Origin: Promethearchaeota archaeon
Lineage (GTDB): Archaea; Asgardarchaeota; Odinarchaeia; Odinarchaeales; JBHLKK01
Length of the DNA: 26,200 nt
NCBI GenBank assembly: GCA_048939465.1
Contig: JBHLPL010000014.1
Coordinates: forward strand, 1 to 26,200
Direction of reading: 5' to 3'
In this document: piece after piece, positions 8,167 through 16,296 of the stretch
Numbering within the stretch: position 1 is the first letter of the stretch
Layout of the letters: each line of letters begins with the position of its first letter
Position numbers and translations under genes: made by a program
The notes under the pieces: model-generated
The model's database searches: none
What the model was told of the DNA's origin: nothing
The model's input: the letters and a program-made list of their open reading frames with translations, nothing else

Positions 8167-9246
8167 ATGTTTAGATTTCGGGATAAGAAAACGTCTCAGA
8201 GAATCTCAAGTCATCTCAAAAAGATGAAGCTTGACATAAGGCTGATGCACGTTTGTGGAACCCACCAAGATACTCTTCTGCGTTTTGGATTGGATCAAAT
8301 ACTCTCTGACTGTGGTGTTGAGGTAAGACAAGGGCCTGGATGTCCAGTTTGTGTAACTACCCCAAGAGAAATCGAAGAAGGGATAACTCTTGCAAGAAGG
8401 GGGAAAATCATTGCTACATTTGGGGACATGGTAAGAGTTCCTGGAATAAAAGGTTCTCTTGGCGATGCTCGGGGAGAAGGATGTACCATAAAAATGGTAT
8501 ATAGCATCGAAGATGCAGTTGCTTTAGCTAGAGAAACAAGGAAAGAAGTCATATTCATGGCTGTTGGTTTTGAGACTACTGCCCCAAGTACGGCAATAAC
8601 CCTCCTTGCCAATCCTCCCGATAATTTCTCCATCCTCTGCTGTCATCGATACATTCCTCCTGCCCTAGATGCCATACTTCAAATGGGTGAAGTCAGATTG
8701 GATGGGCTTATTGAGCCTGGACATGTAAGCACAATTATTGGTGTAAGACCTTACGTAGAGATCACCGAAAAGTACGGGATACCTCAAGTTGTTGCTGGAT
8801 TTGAGCCACTGGACATGCTGATGGCGGTTTACATGCTTGCTCGTCAAGTCAAAAGTGGTAAGGCTAAGGTTGAGAATGAATACATGCGCTCTGTGAAGTA
8901 TGAAGGCAATAAACGGGCACTGCAAGTATTGAATGAGGTTTTTACTCCGTCCGAGTTTGAATGGCGTGGCTTTCCTAAGATTCCGAACTCAGTAATGAGT
9001 CTGAGAACTGAATTTGAGAAATATGATGCTAGATTGTTGTATGAAGATGAACTTGAAGATTTGGAACATGTCCAATTCGAGGAACCAGAAGGCTGTTTGT
9101 GTAGTGAAATATTGCGGGGAGTGGCCGAACCTAATGGATGTCCCTTGTTCGGAAAAGTCTGTACACCACAACGACCTATCGGACCTTGTATGGTCTCGGT
9201 GGAAGGCTCGTGTAATATCCTGTTCAAGTATAACAAGCGAGTCTAA
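8167..9246 (+). CDS. hypD: Hydrogenase maturation protein HypD
   Basis: CGTH, GPGCPVC, GFETT, PGHVS and a C-terminal 4-Cys cluster ending PCMVSVEGSC; ATG at 8167 preferred over GTG at 8155. Confidence 0.96.
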   Translation: MFRFRDKKTSQRISSHLKKMKLDIRLMHVCGTHQDTLLRFGLDQILSDCGVEVRQGPGCPVCVTTPREIEEGITLARRGKIIATFGDMVRVPGIKGSLGDARGEGCTIKMVYSIEDAVALARETRKEVIFMAVGFETTAPSTAITLLANPPDNFSILCCHRYIPPALDAILQMGEVRLDGLIEPGHVSTIIGVRPYVEITEKYGIPQVVAGFEPLDMLMAVYMLARQVKSGKAKVENEYMRSVKYEGNKRALQVLNEVFTPSEFEWRGFPKIPNSVMSLRTEFEKYDARLLYEDELEDLEHVQFEEPEGCLCSEILRGVAEPNGCPLFGKVCTPQRPIGPCMVSVEGSCNILFKYNKRV

Positions 9247-10355
9247 CATATCCTCGGGATTGGATCTCCGACAGGCGGAGGCAGTATCCTCCTTCCCCCA
9301 ACGCTCGTTTCGATTACTACACCACGAAATTCTTTGGTAACCTCTCCTATTATTCGAGCTTCTCTGCCTTTTGGATCTTCTTTCAAAGCGTTTAGAACTT
9401 CTTCTGCTTTCTGGGGTATCACCGCTATTGCCGCTTTTCCTTCGTTTCCAATTTCTAAAGGATCGATCCCCATCATTTCGCATGCGGCGCTGACCCCCTC
9501 TCTTATGGGAATCTCCTCCTCATATACTAAGATCCCAATATTCGATTTCTCACTCCACTCATTAAGTAGGTTCGATATCCCTCCTCGTGTTGGATCTTTC
9601 ATACTTACTATACCGCCAACTTCCAAAGCACGCATAACCATTTTGTTTAATGGAGCTACATCAGAGACAATTCTACTGTCGAATCCGTACCCCTCTCTAA
9701 AAGATAGCAAAGCCACACCATGGTCGCCTATTGTTCCAGATACAATTATCTTGTCCCCCTCCCTCAGATTGGAGTCAAGAATCCAACGGGCATCAAATTC
9801 ACGATACTTCTTAATCTCTGAGATGTTCTTATCTAATGCTTTACTTCTTCGACCAATCCCTGACGTATTTATTACAAACTTGTCTAACCCACCTTTTTCA
9901 ATGACCTTGGTATCTCCAGTAATGATATAAACGCCTGCCTTCTTACACGAGTCCTGCATACTCTTGAGAATCCTTTCTAAATCATCCATTGGCAAGCCTT
10001 CCTCGATCACAAATCCTGCAGCAAGCGCGATAGGCTCACCACCGACCATAGAAATATCGTTGACAGTACCGGCTACGGATAGGCTTCCGATGTCTCCGCC
10101 AGGGAAAAAAAGTGGTTTTACTGTATGAGAGTCTGATTTCAATATAATCCCATCAATAACGGCCGAATCATCAAGAGCTTCCAAAGGAACTTCGGCCCTG
10201 CTTCCGCCAAGATATTTCAATATGTAGTTGCTTATCAAATCCTGCATAACGGTGCCACCTGCACCGTGTGCCATAGTTATTCGATTTGTATCCAACTTGA
10301 GCACCACAAAATCATCTTTATTCTCTGTTGCGAGTTTCTGAATTCCTAGACCCAT
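9243..10355 (-). CDS. hypE: Hydrogenase maturation carbamoyl dehydratase HypE
   Basis: AHGAGG, DSHTVKPLFFPGGDIG, TGDTKV, DPTRGG and terminal PRIC; convergent with hypD with a 4-nt overlap. Confidence 0.96.
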   Translation of the reverse strand: MGLGIQKLATENKDDFVVLKLDTNRITMAHGAGGTVMQDLISNYILKYLGGSRAEVPLEALDDSAVIDGIILKSDSHTVKPLFFPGGDIGSLSVAGTVNDISMVGGEPIALAAGFVIEEGLPMDDLERILKSMQDSCKKAGVYIITGDTKVIEKGGLDKFVINTSGIGRRSKALDKNISEIKKYREFDARWILDSNLREGDKIIVSGTIGDHGVALLSFREGYGFDSRIVSDVAPLNKMVMRALEVGGIVSMKDPTRGGISNLLNEWSEKSNIGILVYEEEIPIREGVSAACEMMGIDPLEIGNEGKAAIAVIPQKAEEVLNALKEDPKGREARIIGEVTKEFRGVVIETSVGGRRILPPPVGDPIPRIC

Positions 10356-10389
10356 AATTTTAAATTAAATCTTTCCATTTAAATTAATA
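10356..10389. promoter_or_regulatory. Interleaved divergent TATA boxes for hypE and the transglutaminase gene
   Basis: TTTAAA at about 10359-64 and 10378-83, each 23-28 nt upstream of the start codon of the gene on the far side. Confidence 0.5.
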
Positions 10390-11613
10390 GTGAGTCCAAT
10401 GCCGAATAAAAGATGTGGCAAACTCTTACTTCTTGCTTGTCTCTTGCTAGTCTCAACGGTTCCAACAGTGGACTCTTTGGCATCTCCGTCCATCAACCCG
10501 ACCGACGCGTACTCTTCATTATATACAAAGAGATATGACATGACTTTCAGTCTAAATGTGGCAAACGGAGGTCCTACTGATATTAACAATCTGAAAGTAT
10601 GGATTTCGATCATAAGCAACTGGACAGACACTTTTTCACCCTATCTCCCCAATCTTCAGTATTCTAATCTAACTTCCATTAATCCCGAACCAAATGATAC
10701 ATTGGTAGACGAAAACGCAGGAAACGTGATTGCTTTTTACAACTTTTCTTCGCTGCCCTCTGGTGGATCCATCACCATTCAAATGAGTTACTCGATTCGG
10801 CTAGTAGAGGGACGCTGGCTAATTAATGAGGAAGCCGTCGGGACATATAACACATCTGACCCTGTTTATCAAAAATACACACAGCCTGACACAAATATCG
10901 AATCCGATGATTATCAAATCGTGTCTAAAGCAAGTGAAATAGTTGGATCTGAGACTAATCCTTACATCAAGAGCAAGCTGATCTATGACTGGGTTGTAAG
11001 TAATATCGCCTATACTGTTCAAGGGACTGAACGGGGCGCATTATGGGCCTTGATTAACCGGCAAGGCGACTGTTCAGAGTTTGCAGATCTCCTAATAGCA
11101 CTTTGTAGAGCCTCCGGAGTTCCTGCTAGAAAAATCATAGGCTGGGCTTTCGATGAGTTATTGTACGCATCAAAAGGCTCAAGTAAATCGTACACGGACT
11201 TCCCTGGTCATGCCTGGGTGGAGATACTAATACCTGCTTATGGTTGGGTTCTTGCAGATCCTACGTGGGCCAATGCTGGATACAATTACTGGGCATATAT
11301 GGATGCTGTTCATGTTGTTTGTATCCGGGGGCAAAATGTGACCGTATCCAACAAACCTGAACCAATTATCGAGTTTAGTTCTCTTTACTACCAGTACGAA
11401 TATTCAGGAGGATCTCCGTCAGTTACTGACTCATACACCTTTGATATTACTGTGGTTGAGCTAAACACCTTCCTGATTATTCTAGACCTACAACTAATGG
11501 CGATAACGATCGGTATTATTGCGATAATCTCAGTAGCTATCGCAATGTTCTCTAAGCGCAAAACCAAGGTTGATAACAGCTGGCACAGCACCGATAGCTT
11601 TGATAACAGTTGA
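10390..11613 (+). CDS. Secreted, membrane-anchored transglutaminase-like (TGc) domain protein
   Basis: Signal-peptide-like N-terminus; GDCSEF...CRASGVPAR, GHAWVE and W..DPT give an intact Cys-His-Asp triad; C-terminal TM helix and basic tail. Confidence 0.88.
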   Translation: MSPMPNKRCGKLLLLACLLLVSTVPTVDSLASPSINPTDAYSSLYTKRYDMTFSLNVANGGPTDINNLKVWISIISNWTDTFSPYLPNLQYSNLTSINPEPNDTLVDENAGNVIAFYNFSSLPSGGSITIQMSYSIRLVEGRWLINEEAVGTYNTSDPVYQKYTQPDTNIESDDYQIVSKASEIVGSETNPYIKSKLIYDWVVSNIAYTVQGTERGALWALINRQGDCSEFADLLIALCRASGVPARKIIGWAFDELLYASKGSSKSYTDFPGHAWVEILIPAYGWVLADPTWANAGYNYWAYMDAVHVVCIRGQNVTVSNKPEPIIEFSSLYYQYEYSGGSPSVTDSYTFDITVVELNTFLIILDLQLMAITIGIIAIISVAIAMFSKRKTKVDNSWHSTDSFDNS

Positions 11614-11629
11614 GGTGCGGTATAAGCTC

Positions 11630-11812
11630 GTGAACTACCCCGCCCCTTCCGATGGGCTTCCTGTTTCACCTATTCTCCAAAGGCGTATGTCTAACAGCTC
11701 TACGCGCAGTTCCTGCCCCCAGGTGATTCAAAACTTGGTTACCAGAGGAGTATTTAAGCGTGACGCAATTCATCTCCACCCTCCCGCATGGAGTCTTCTC
11801 GCGGGAAAAAGG
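11630..11812 (-). mobile_element. Non-autonomous IS200/IS605-family (TnpB-type) miniature element, degenerate
   Basis: Minus strand reads left-end-like GAAGACTCCA..GGGTGGAGATGAATTGC, then an internal CTTAAATA, then GGGGCAGGAACTGC...GTGAAACAGGAAGCCC..GGGCGGGGTAGTTCAC. As I recognise it, this is the tnpB 3'-end/right-end pattern (its translation starts MKQEA). No transposase or nuclease ORF is present. Confidence 0.75.
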
Positions 11813-11914
11813 ACAAACTAACGAACTAATATCTTTAATCTTCCGTGTAGAAGTTGCCTGCCTGAAACACCTTCAGGGAATGGTTGGTGGATCTTCCCAT
11901 TGTATCTAGGAGAT

Positions 11915-12688
11915 TTACAGACCTTTTAACTCTCTCTCGTACTTGTCTCTTAACTCAAAGAATCTCGCTGGTGAAATTGTCTTTTGTAGCAGCTGTTTCT
12001 CTAGCGAAGTAATCTTTTGCTTAATCATAGATGATCTCATTCTCTTGGTAACAGAAGGGTTGACCGTCACCGGAGCAATTATTTCCTCTTCAAGATCTCT
12101 AATCTCCTGATCATAGCCCCGTTTTTGCGAGTAGTAACCGCTTTTGCTGATCTCTCCTAAGACAAGTTTTGCCTGAAGGTTCCTGACTTGCGATCTAAAT
12201 TGGGCCATTTCTCTTCTTCTGGCCATCAGTAGGGCCTCTCTAAATGTAGCCGCTGTTTCTTCCTCCTTTCTAAATTCCTTGATTGGCTCAACTACTCTCT
12301 CTTCCTTGATTGGCTCAACTACTCTCTCTTCCTTGATTGGCTCAACTACTCTCTCTTCCTTGATTGGTTCAACTACTCTCTCTTCCTTGATTGGTTCAAC
12401 TACTCTCTCTTCCTTGATTGGTTCAACTACTCTCTCTTCCTTGATTGGTTCAACTACTTTCTTTTCGTTTGCGCCCAAGTAGTAATTTGCCTCGTATACC
12501 AGCCTGATTGAGATCTTTGGACCAATGCCTGGTATCTCTTGAAGTCTTTCAGGTTTAGCCTTAGCTAGAGTTTCAATACTGTTGTAACCAGCTCTCACTA
12601 GCTTCTTAGCAGTTTTGGAACCTATACCTTTGAGTATAGGCAGTTGAGTCTTTTTGCCTTCTACTGGAGCTCCCTCATACTCAATCAT
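11915..12688 (-). CDS. Helix-hairpin-helix protein with a 9-aa tandem repeat and two C-terminal SHOCT-like helical motifs
   Basis: LKGIGSKTAKKL..AGY..IETLA...LQEIPGIGPK (tandem HhH); (VVEPIKEER)x6 plus VVEPIKE; then LVLGEISKSGY and LLQKTISPARFFEL. Confidence 0.8.
   Translation of the reverse strand: MIEYEGAPVEGKKTQLPILKGIGSKTAKKLVRAGYNSIETLAKAKPERLQEIPGIGPKISIRLVYEANYYLGANEKKVVEPIKEERVVEPIKEERVVEPIKEERVVEPIKEERVVEPIKEERVVEPIKEERVVEPIKEFRKEEETAATFREALLMARRREMAQFRSQVRNLQAKLVLGEISKSGYYSQKRGYDQEIRDLEEEIIAPVTVNPSVTKRMRSSMIKQKITSLEKQLLQKTISPARFFELRDKYERELKGL
12275..12458. repeat. 27-bp in-frame tandem repeat, about 6.8 copies
   Basis: Unit TTCCTTGATTGG(C/T)TCAACTACTCTCTC starts at 12275, 12302, 12329 (C variant) and 12356, 12383, 12410, 12437 (T variant, last copy partial). 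Confidence 0.97.
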
Positions 12689-12853
12689 ACCTTCCCACTC
12701 CTCTCTATTTACTTTGACAAACCTCTTATAATAGTCTTATGATGCTTATCATATTTATAATCTTTATTGTTGATAGAGATGTGATACCAGCAAAAATCTT
12801 AATAGGAACCTAGAATCTTCAGACCGACTGAGGCAAAATAAGAGGAATTAGCT

Positions 12854-13636
12854 ATGGGAGAATTATTATCTGACAAAATCGCAGTAAAGGCGGTCAATCT
12901 AACAAAGAAGTTTGGTGACATTTTAGCGGTTAACGATTTTAACCTGGAAGTCTACAAGGGTGAAACATTTGGATTGCTGGGACCTAATGGCGCCGGCAAA
13001 ACTACTACCATACGAGTTTTAAATTGCATAATACGCCCAACTTATGGCGACGCACTAGTAAATGGTATCAGTATCTTAGAAAGACCGGATGATGTGAAGC
13101 AGATTTGTGGCCTTTTACCTGAGACTCCAGGTGTTTTTGAAAAGCTCTCAGCTGAAGAATTCCTAGACTTCATAGGCGCCTTATACAAAGTACCTCCGCA
13201 GACCCGCAAAAACAGAATAGATGAACTGTTTGGTCTTTTTGGCCTGCGGGACAGAAGAAATGATTTGTTAGAGGGCTATAGTAGAGGAATGAAGCAAAGA
13301 ATACTGCTCGCAGCAACCCTTGTTCACGATCCGGAAATTCTATTCCTGGACGAACCCACCAGCTTCCTAGATCCACAAGCCGCCAGAATGGTAAAGGATC
13401 TTATTAAAATGATGGCCGAAAAGGCAAAGAAGACCATGTTTATATGCACGCACATACTTGAAATAGCTGAAGAAATCTGTGACAGAATCGGTATTATTGC
13501 AGAAGGAAAACTGATTACAACCGGTACCCCCAAAGAGCTCATGAAACGAACCGGTACATCAAGCTTGGAGAGTGCTTTCATTGAGATTACGGGCGGAAAG
13601 ATTTCTATCGAAGAACTCCTCGCTTGGAGGGAGTAA
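12854..13636 (+). CDS. ABC exporter ATP-binding subunit
   Basis: Walker A GPNGAGKTT, signature YSRGMKQR, Walker B LFLDEPT, H-loop CTH. Confidence 0.95.
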   Translation: MGELLSDKIAVKAVNLTKKFGDILAVNDFNLEVYKGETFGLLGPNGAGKTTTIRVLNCIIRPTYGDALVNGISILERPDDVKQICGLLPETPGVFEKLSAEEFLDFIGALYKVPPQTRKNRIDELFGLFGLRDRRNDLLEGYSRGMKQRILLAATLVHDPEILFLDEPTSFLDPQAARMVKDLIKMMAEKAKKTMFICTHILEIAEEICDRIGIIAEGKLITTGTPKELMKRTGTSSLESAFIEITGGKISIEELLAWRE

Positions 13637-13638
13637 TC

Positions 13639-15249
13639 CTGTCCACATGGCTAGTTATCGCAAAGAATGAGGTTCGTCTTTGGTCGAATAGATTTAGGAG
13701 GAATCGAAAAGCATTCTTCATTGGTTTAATCATTTTTCTTGGTGTCTATGCATTTTTCCTTGTTCCGTGGCTGTACAACGCGCTACTACCCGGACTCATA
13801 ATAGACATTATAGTGATTTACGGTCCGCTCATTTCGCCAACAATTGCTTCCTTCATGTTCTTGATTTTTCTCGTACTACTAATCTGGCCGCTAAACCAAG
13901 CACTTCAGGATGTTCGAGTAGGGCAAGTAGAGGTTATGATGGCAGCACCGATACGGCCACATCACATACTCTTTGGCAAATATGTCGGTAGGTTACCGAC
14001 TTATTTCATAGCCATAGCAGCAATCGCACCTTGGATTCTAGGGTTCCTCGTTACTGCGTTCAGTATCAATATTCTCGGTCAAGTAATAATTCTCTTCTCG
14101 ATTTGCTTGTTATTTCTTTTGTCCACGTGGATCGGCACGTTAATCTCTTCACTAGCTGAATCAAGGTTGGCCCGAAACCCGAGAGGTCGTGATATTGGCA
14201 GGGCAATACTCTTCATCGTACCAACAATATTCTTTATTTTCCTCTATCTGGTATTTCCTCTAGCGATTCAATCCCCTGAATTCTTAAGTGTGATAAAATT
14301 CTTTCCAAGTTCTTGGGCGACCAACGTAATATTACATCAAATAGGGAGTATTTTTACCTTAGATTTGCTACCTGCTCTAGGTAGTACCTTCAACATTATT
14401 TTCAACTTCGCACTCCTCGGTATTGTTGCTATCTCAACTCTGATTTTGGGCTATCGCATTGCAGGCAAAGCATATTCTCTGGAACCTACGGCGATAGCAA
14501 AAGCCAAGATAGTAGGTGAAAAAAGAGTATATGCGCTGGTTAGGAGGATTATTCCTGGCTCTTTCGGTGAAATTGTGGCAGCAAACCTCAAAGGCTCTGC
14601 AAGGCGACTGGAGGTCCTCTCAAGATTGGGATATGTCATAATAATGTCTGTTGTTGTTACAATCATGGTCCCGCTTACAACTGGAGAACTCTTTGCCGTG
14701 GAACCTGAATGGTTTATCTACATGATGAGTCTGGAATATTCAGTGTTTCAAGCACTTATGTTCGGAGCATTTGTATTATATTTCAACAAAGATACTATTT
14801 GGCTTTATCGAAAGGTTCCACATGGCATAAGAACATTTGTGGCTGCAGTTTTCGTTCAAAATGCGTTGATACTTGTCCCAGTGGGCGTGATACTAATGCT
14901 GGTTATGGGACTAATATTCAATTTTGGCATATGGACGGCTCTGGGTGTAGCCACTGTAGCTATATTCACGTTATATGCCCTCGGAATTTCAATCGGAGTA
15001 AATTGCATATTCCCGACATTTGAAGAGAAGGGAGCAAAGGTAGCATTGATAATATTCGCTTCAATGCCTTTAATTCTGCTACCATTCATGCTACCGATCT
15101 TTCTCATTGTTTTTGGCATAGGGGCCTACTTACCTGCTATTCCAGGTCTGGCTGAATTGGGGGTTGGTCTTCTTCTGTTCCCCGTCTGGATCTTACTTGA
15201 ATTGTGTATCCTCTACATTGGTGTGCAAAAACTATATAGTCTGGAGTGA
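13639..15249 (+). CDS. ABC-2-type exporter permease (about 12-14 TM)
   Basis: Long polytopic ORF coupled to the ATPase. The track start is TTG 13624; CTG 13639 (giving MSTW..) lies 8 nt after GGAGG and is preferred here, though the start is uncertain. Confidence 0.8.
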   Translation: MSTWLVIAKNEVRLWSNRFRRNRKAFFIGLIIFLGVYAFFLVPWLYNALLPGLIIDIIVIYGPLISPTIASFMFLIFLVLLIWPLNQALQDVRVGQVEVMMAAPIRPHHILFGKYVGRLPTYFIAIAAIAPWILGFLVTAFSINILGQVIILFSICLLFLLSTWIGTLISSLAESRLARNPRGRDIGRAILFIVPTIFFIFLYLVFPLAIQSPEFLSVIKFFPSSWATNVILHQIGSIFTLDLLPALGSTFNIIFNFALLGIVAISTLILGYRIAGKAYSLEPTAIAKAKIVGEKRVYALVRRIIPGSFGEIVAANLKGSARRLEVLSRLGYVIIMSVVVTIMVPLTTGELFAVEPEWFIYMMSLEYSVFQALMFGAFVLYFNKDTIWLYRKVPHGIRTFVAAVFVQNALILVPVGVILMLVMGLIFNFGIWTALGVATVAIFTLYALGISIGVNCIFPTFEEKGAKVALIIFASMPLILLPFMLPIFLIVFGIGAYLPAIPGLAELGVGLLLFPVWILLELCILYIGVQKLYSLE

Positions 15250-15266
15250 GAAACCTAATCAAACAA

Positions 15267-16175
15267 CTATCCCGTATAATATGGCTTTCGAAGATCAATG
15301 GCCTTCAAAAAGAGTTCCTTTAGTTCCTTATCGCTTGCATCTTCTCTCAGTGGAGAAAGGATATCAACCAAGTTGTTGTTTCTCATAAGGCAGGGCTTAA
15401 GCTTTCCGTCACTTGTGAGTCTTATTCTGCGGCAACCCATACAGAACTCGCTATTATGAACAGGTTTGACCGTCTCCACCTCGCCACAAGGAGAAAGGAA
15501 ATATTTCTTTCGTCTGTGAAAACTGCGTGTTCTAATATCCTCTGCCCGTTGAACCAGCTCTTCCTCCAATCGTTGCAGGTCAACATGATACTCTGAAAAA
15601 GACGCAGCTAAGGGTACGAATTCAATAACTTGAAGTATGATTCCCAGCTTTCCGGCAAAATCAATCATATCCCATACTTCATTATCATTTATGCCCTTCA
15701 GCAAAACCATATTCATTTTTATGGGGGTTAAATTGGCCTTTGCTGCGTTTTTTACGCCTTCTATCACTTGGTCTAATCTTCCTCCTGTTATGCGCGAAAA
15801 CTTTTCCGGGTCAAGTGTGTCTAAACTTACGTTTACGCGTTTGAGCCCTGCCTTCTTCAGTTTATCTGCAAAGAAGGATAGAAGCACACCGTTGGTTGTC
15901 ATAGAGACTTCTTCTATGTTTGACAAGCCCGAAGTCTGTTTAACTATCTCAATTATGTCCTTTCTTAATAGTGGTTCTCCCCCAGTAATCTTTATGTTCT
16001 TAATACCTAGTTCTGCAGCTATTCTGGCAATTCTCGTTATCTCTTCCACAGACATCTCGTCGTTTCCAGTACCACTTTCCCCTTCCCTATGGCAGTATAT
16101 ACAATCTAGGTTGCAGCGTTGGGTAACAGATATCCGCAAGTTATCGACTACTCTTCCGTAAGAATCTGTGATCAT
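15267..16175 (-). CDS. moaA: GTP 3',8-cyclase (molybdo/tungstopterin biosynthesis radical SAM enzyme)
   Basis: DSYGR..LRISVTQRCNLDCIYCH, ITGGEPLLR, TTNG and CMGCRRIRLTSDGKLKPCL; ATG at 16175 preferred over TTG at 16190. Confidence 0.93.
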   Translation of the reverse strand: MITDSYGRVVDNLRISVTQRCNLDCIYCHREGESGTGNDEMSVEEITRIARIAAELGIKNIKITGGEPLLRKDIIEIVKQTSGLSNIEEVSMTTNGVLLSFFADKLKKAGLKRVNVSLDTLDPEKFSRITGGRLDQVIEGVKNAAKANLTPIKMNMVLLKGINDNEVWDMIDFAGKLGIILQVIEFVPLAASFSEYHVDLQRLEEELVQRAEDIRTRSFHRRKKYFLSPCGEVETVKPVHNSEFCMGCRRIRLTSDGKLKPCLMRNNNLVDILSPLREDASDKELKELFLKAIDLRKPYYTG

Positions 16176-16255
16176 AGCCGCTACCCTCAAGTGATATTAC
16201 AGACACTGTAAAACTAAAACTATTAATAAGCTTATTCTGATTGGCTCAATGAACT

Positions 16256-16275
16256 ACTACTCAAGATTGAGTAGT
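16256..16275. promoter_or_regulatory. Palindromic operator candidate between moaA and the ECF S-component gene
   Basis: ACTACTCAA-GA-TTGAGTAGT (9-bp perfect arms), 4 nt upstream of TTTAAATA at 16280-87. Confidence 0.5.
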
Positions 16276-16296
16276 TACCTTTAAATAGGTAGGTGA

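Noticed and set aside
11388-11669. Minus-strand ORF starting MKQEA as a real gene
   Set aside because: Its start is the tnpB C-terminal remnant inside the mini-IS and the rest is antisense to the TGc gene.
11861-11877. Hairpin CCTGAA-ACACC-TTCAGG between convergent genes as a terminator
   Set aside because: Only a 6-bp stem with no adjacent T tract, and archaeal termination does not require hairpins.
12275-12458. 27-bp repeats as a CRISPR array
   Set aside because: Units are head-to-tail with no spacers, are in frame within a CDS, and no cas genes are nearby.
16238-16249. 12-nt match (TGATTGGCTCAA) to the 27-bp coding repeat unit
   Set aside because: A single short match with no flanking similarity; most likely chance.
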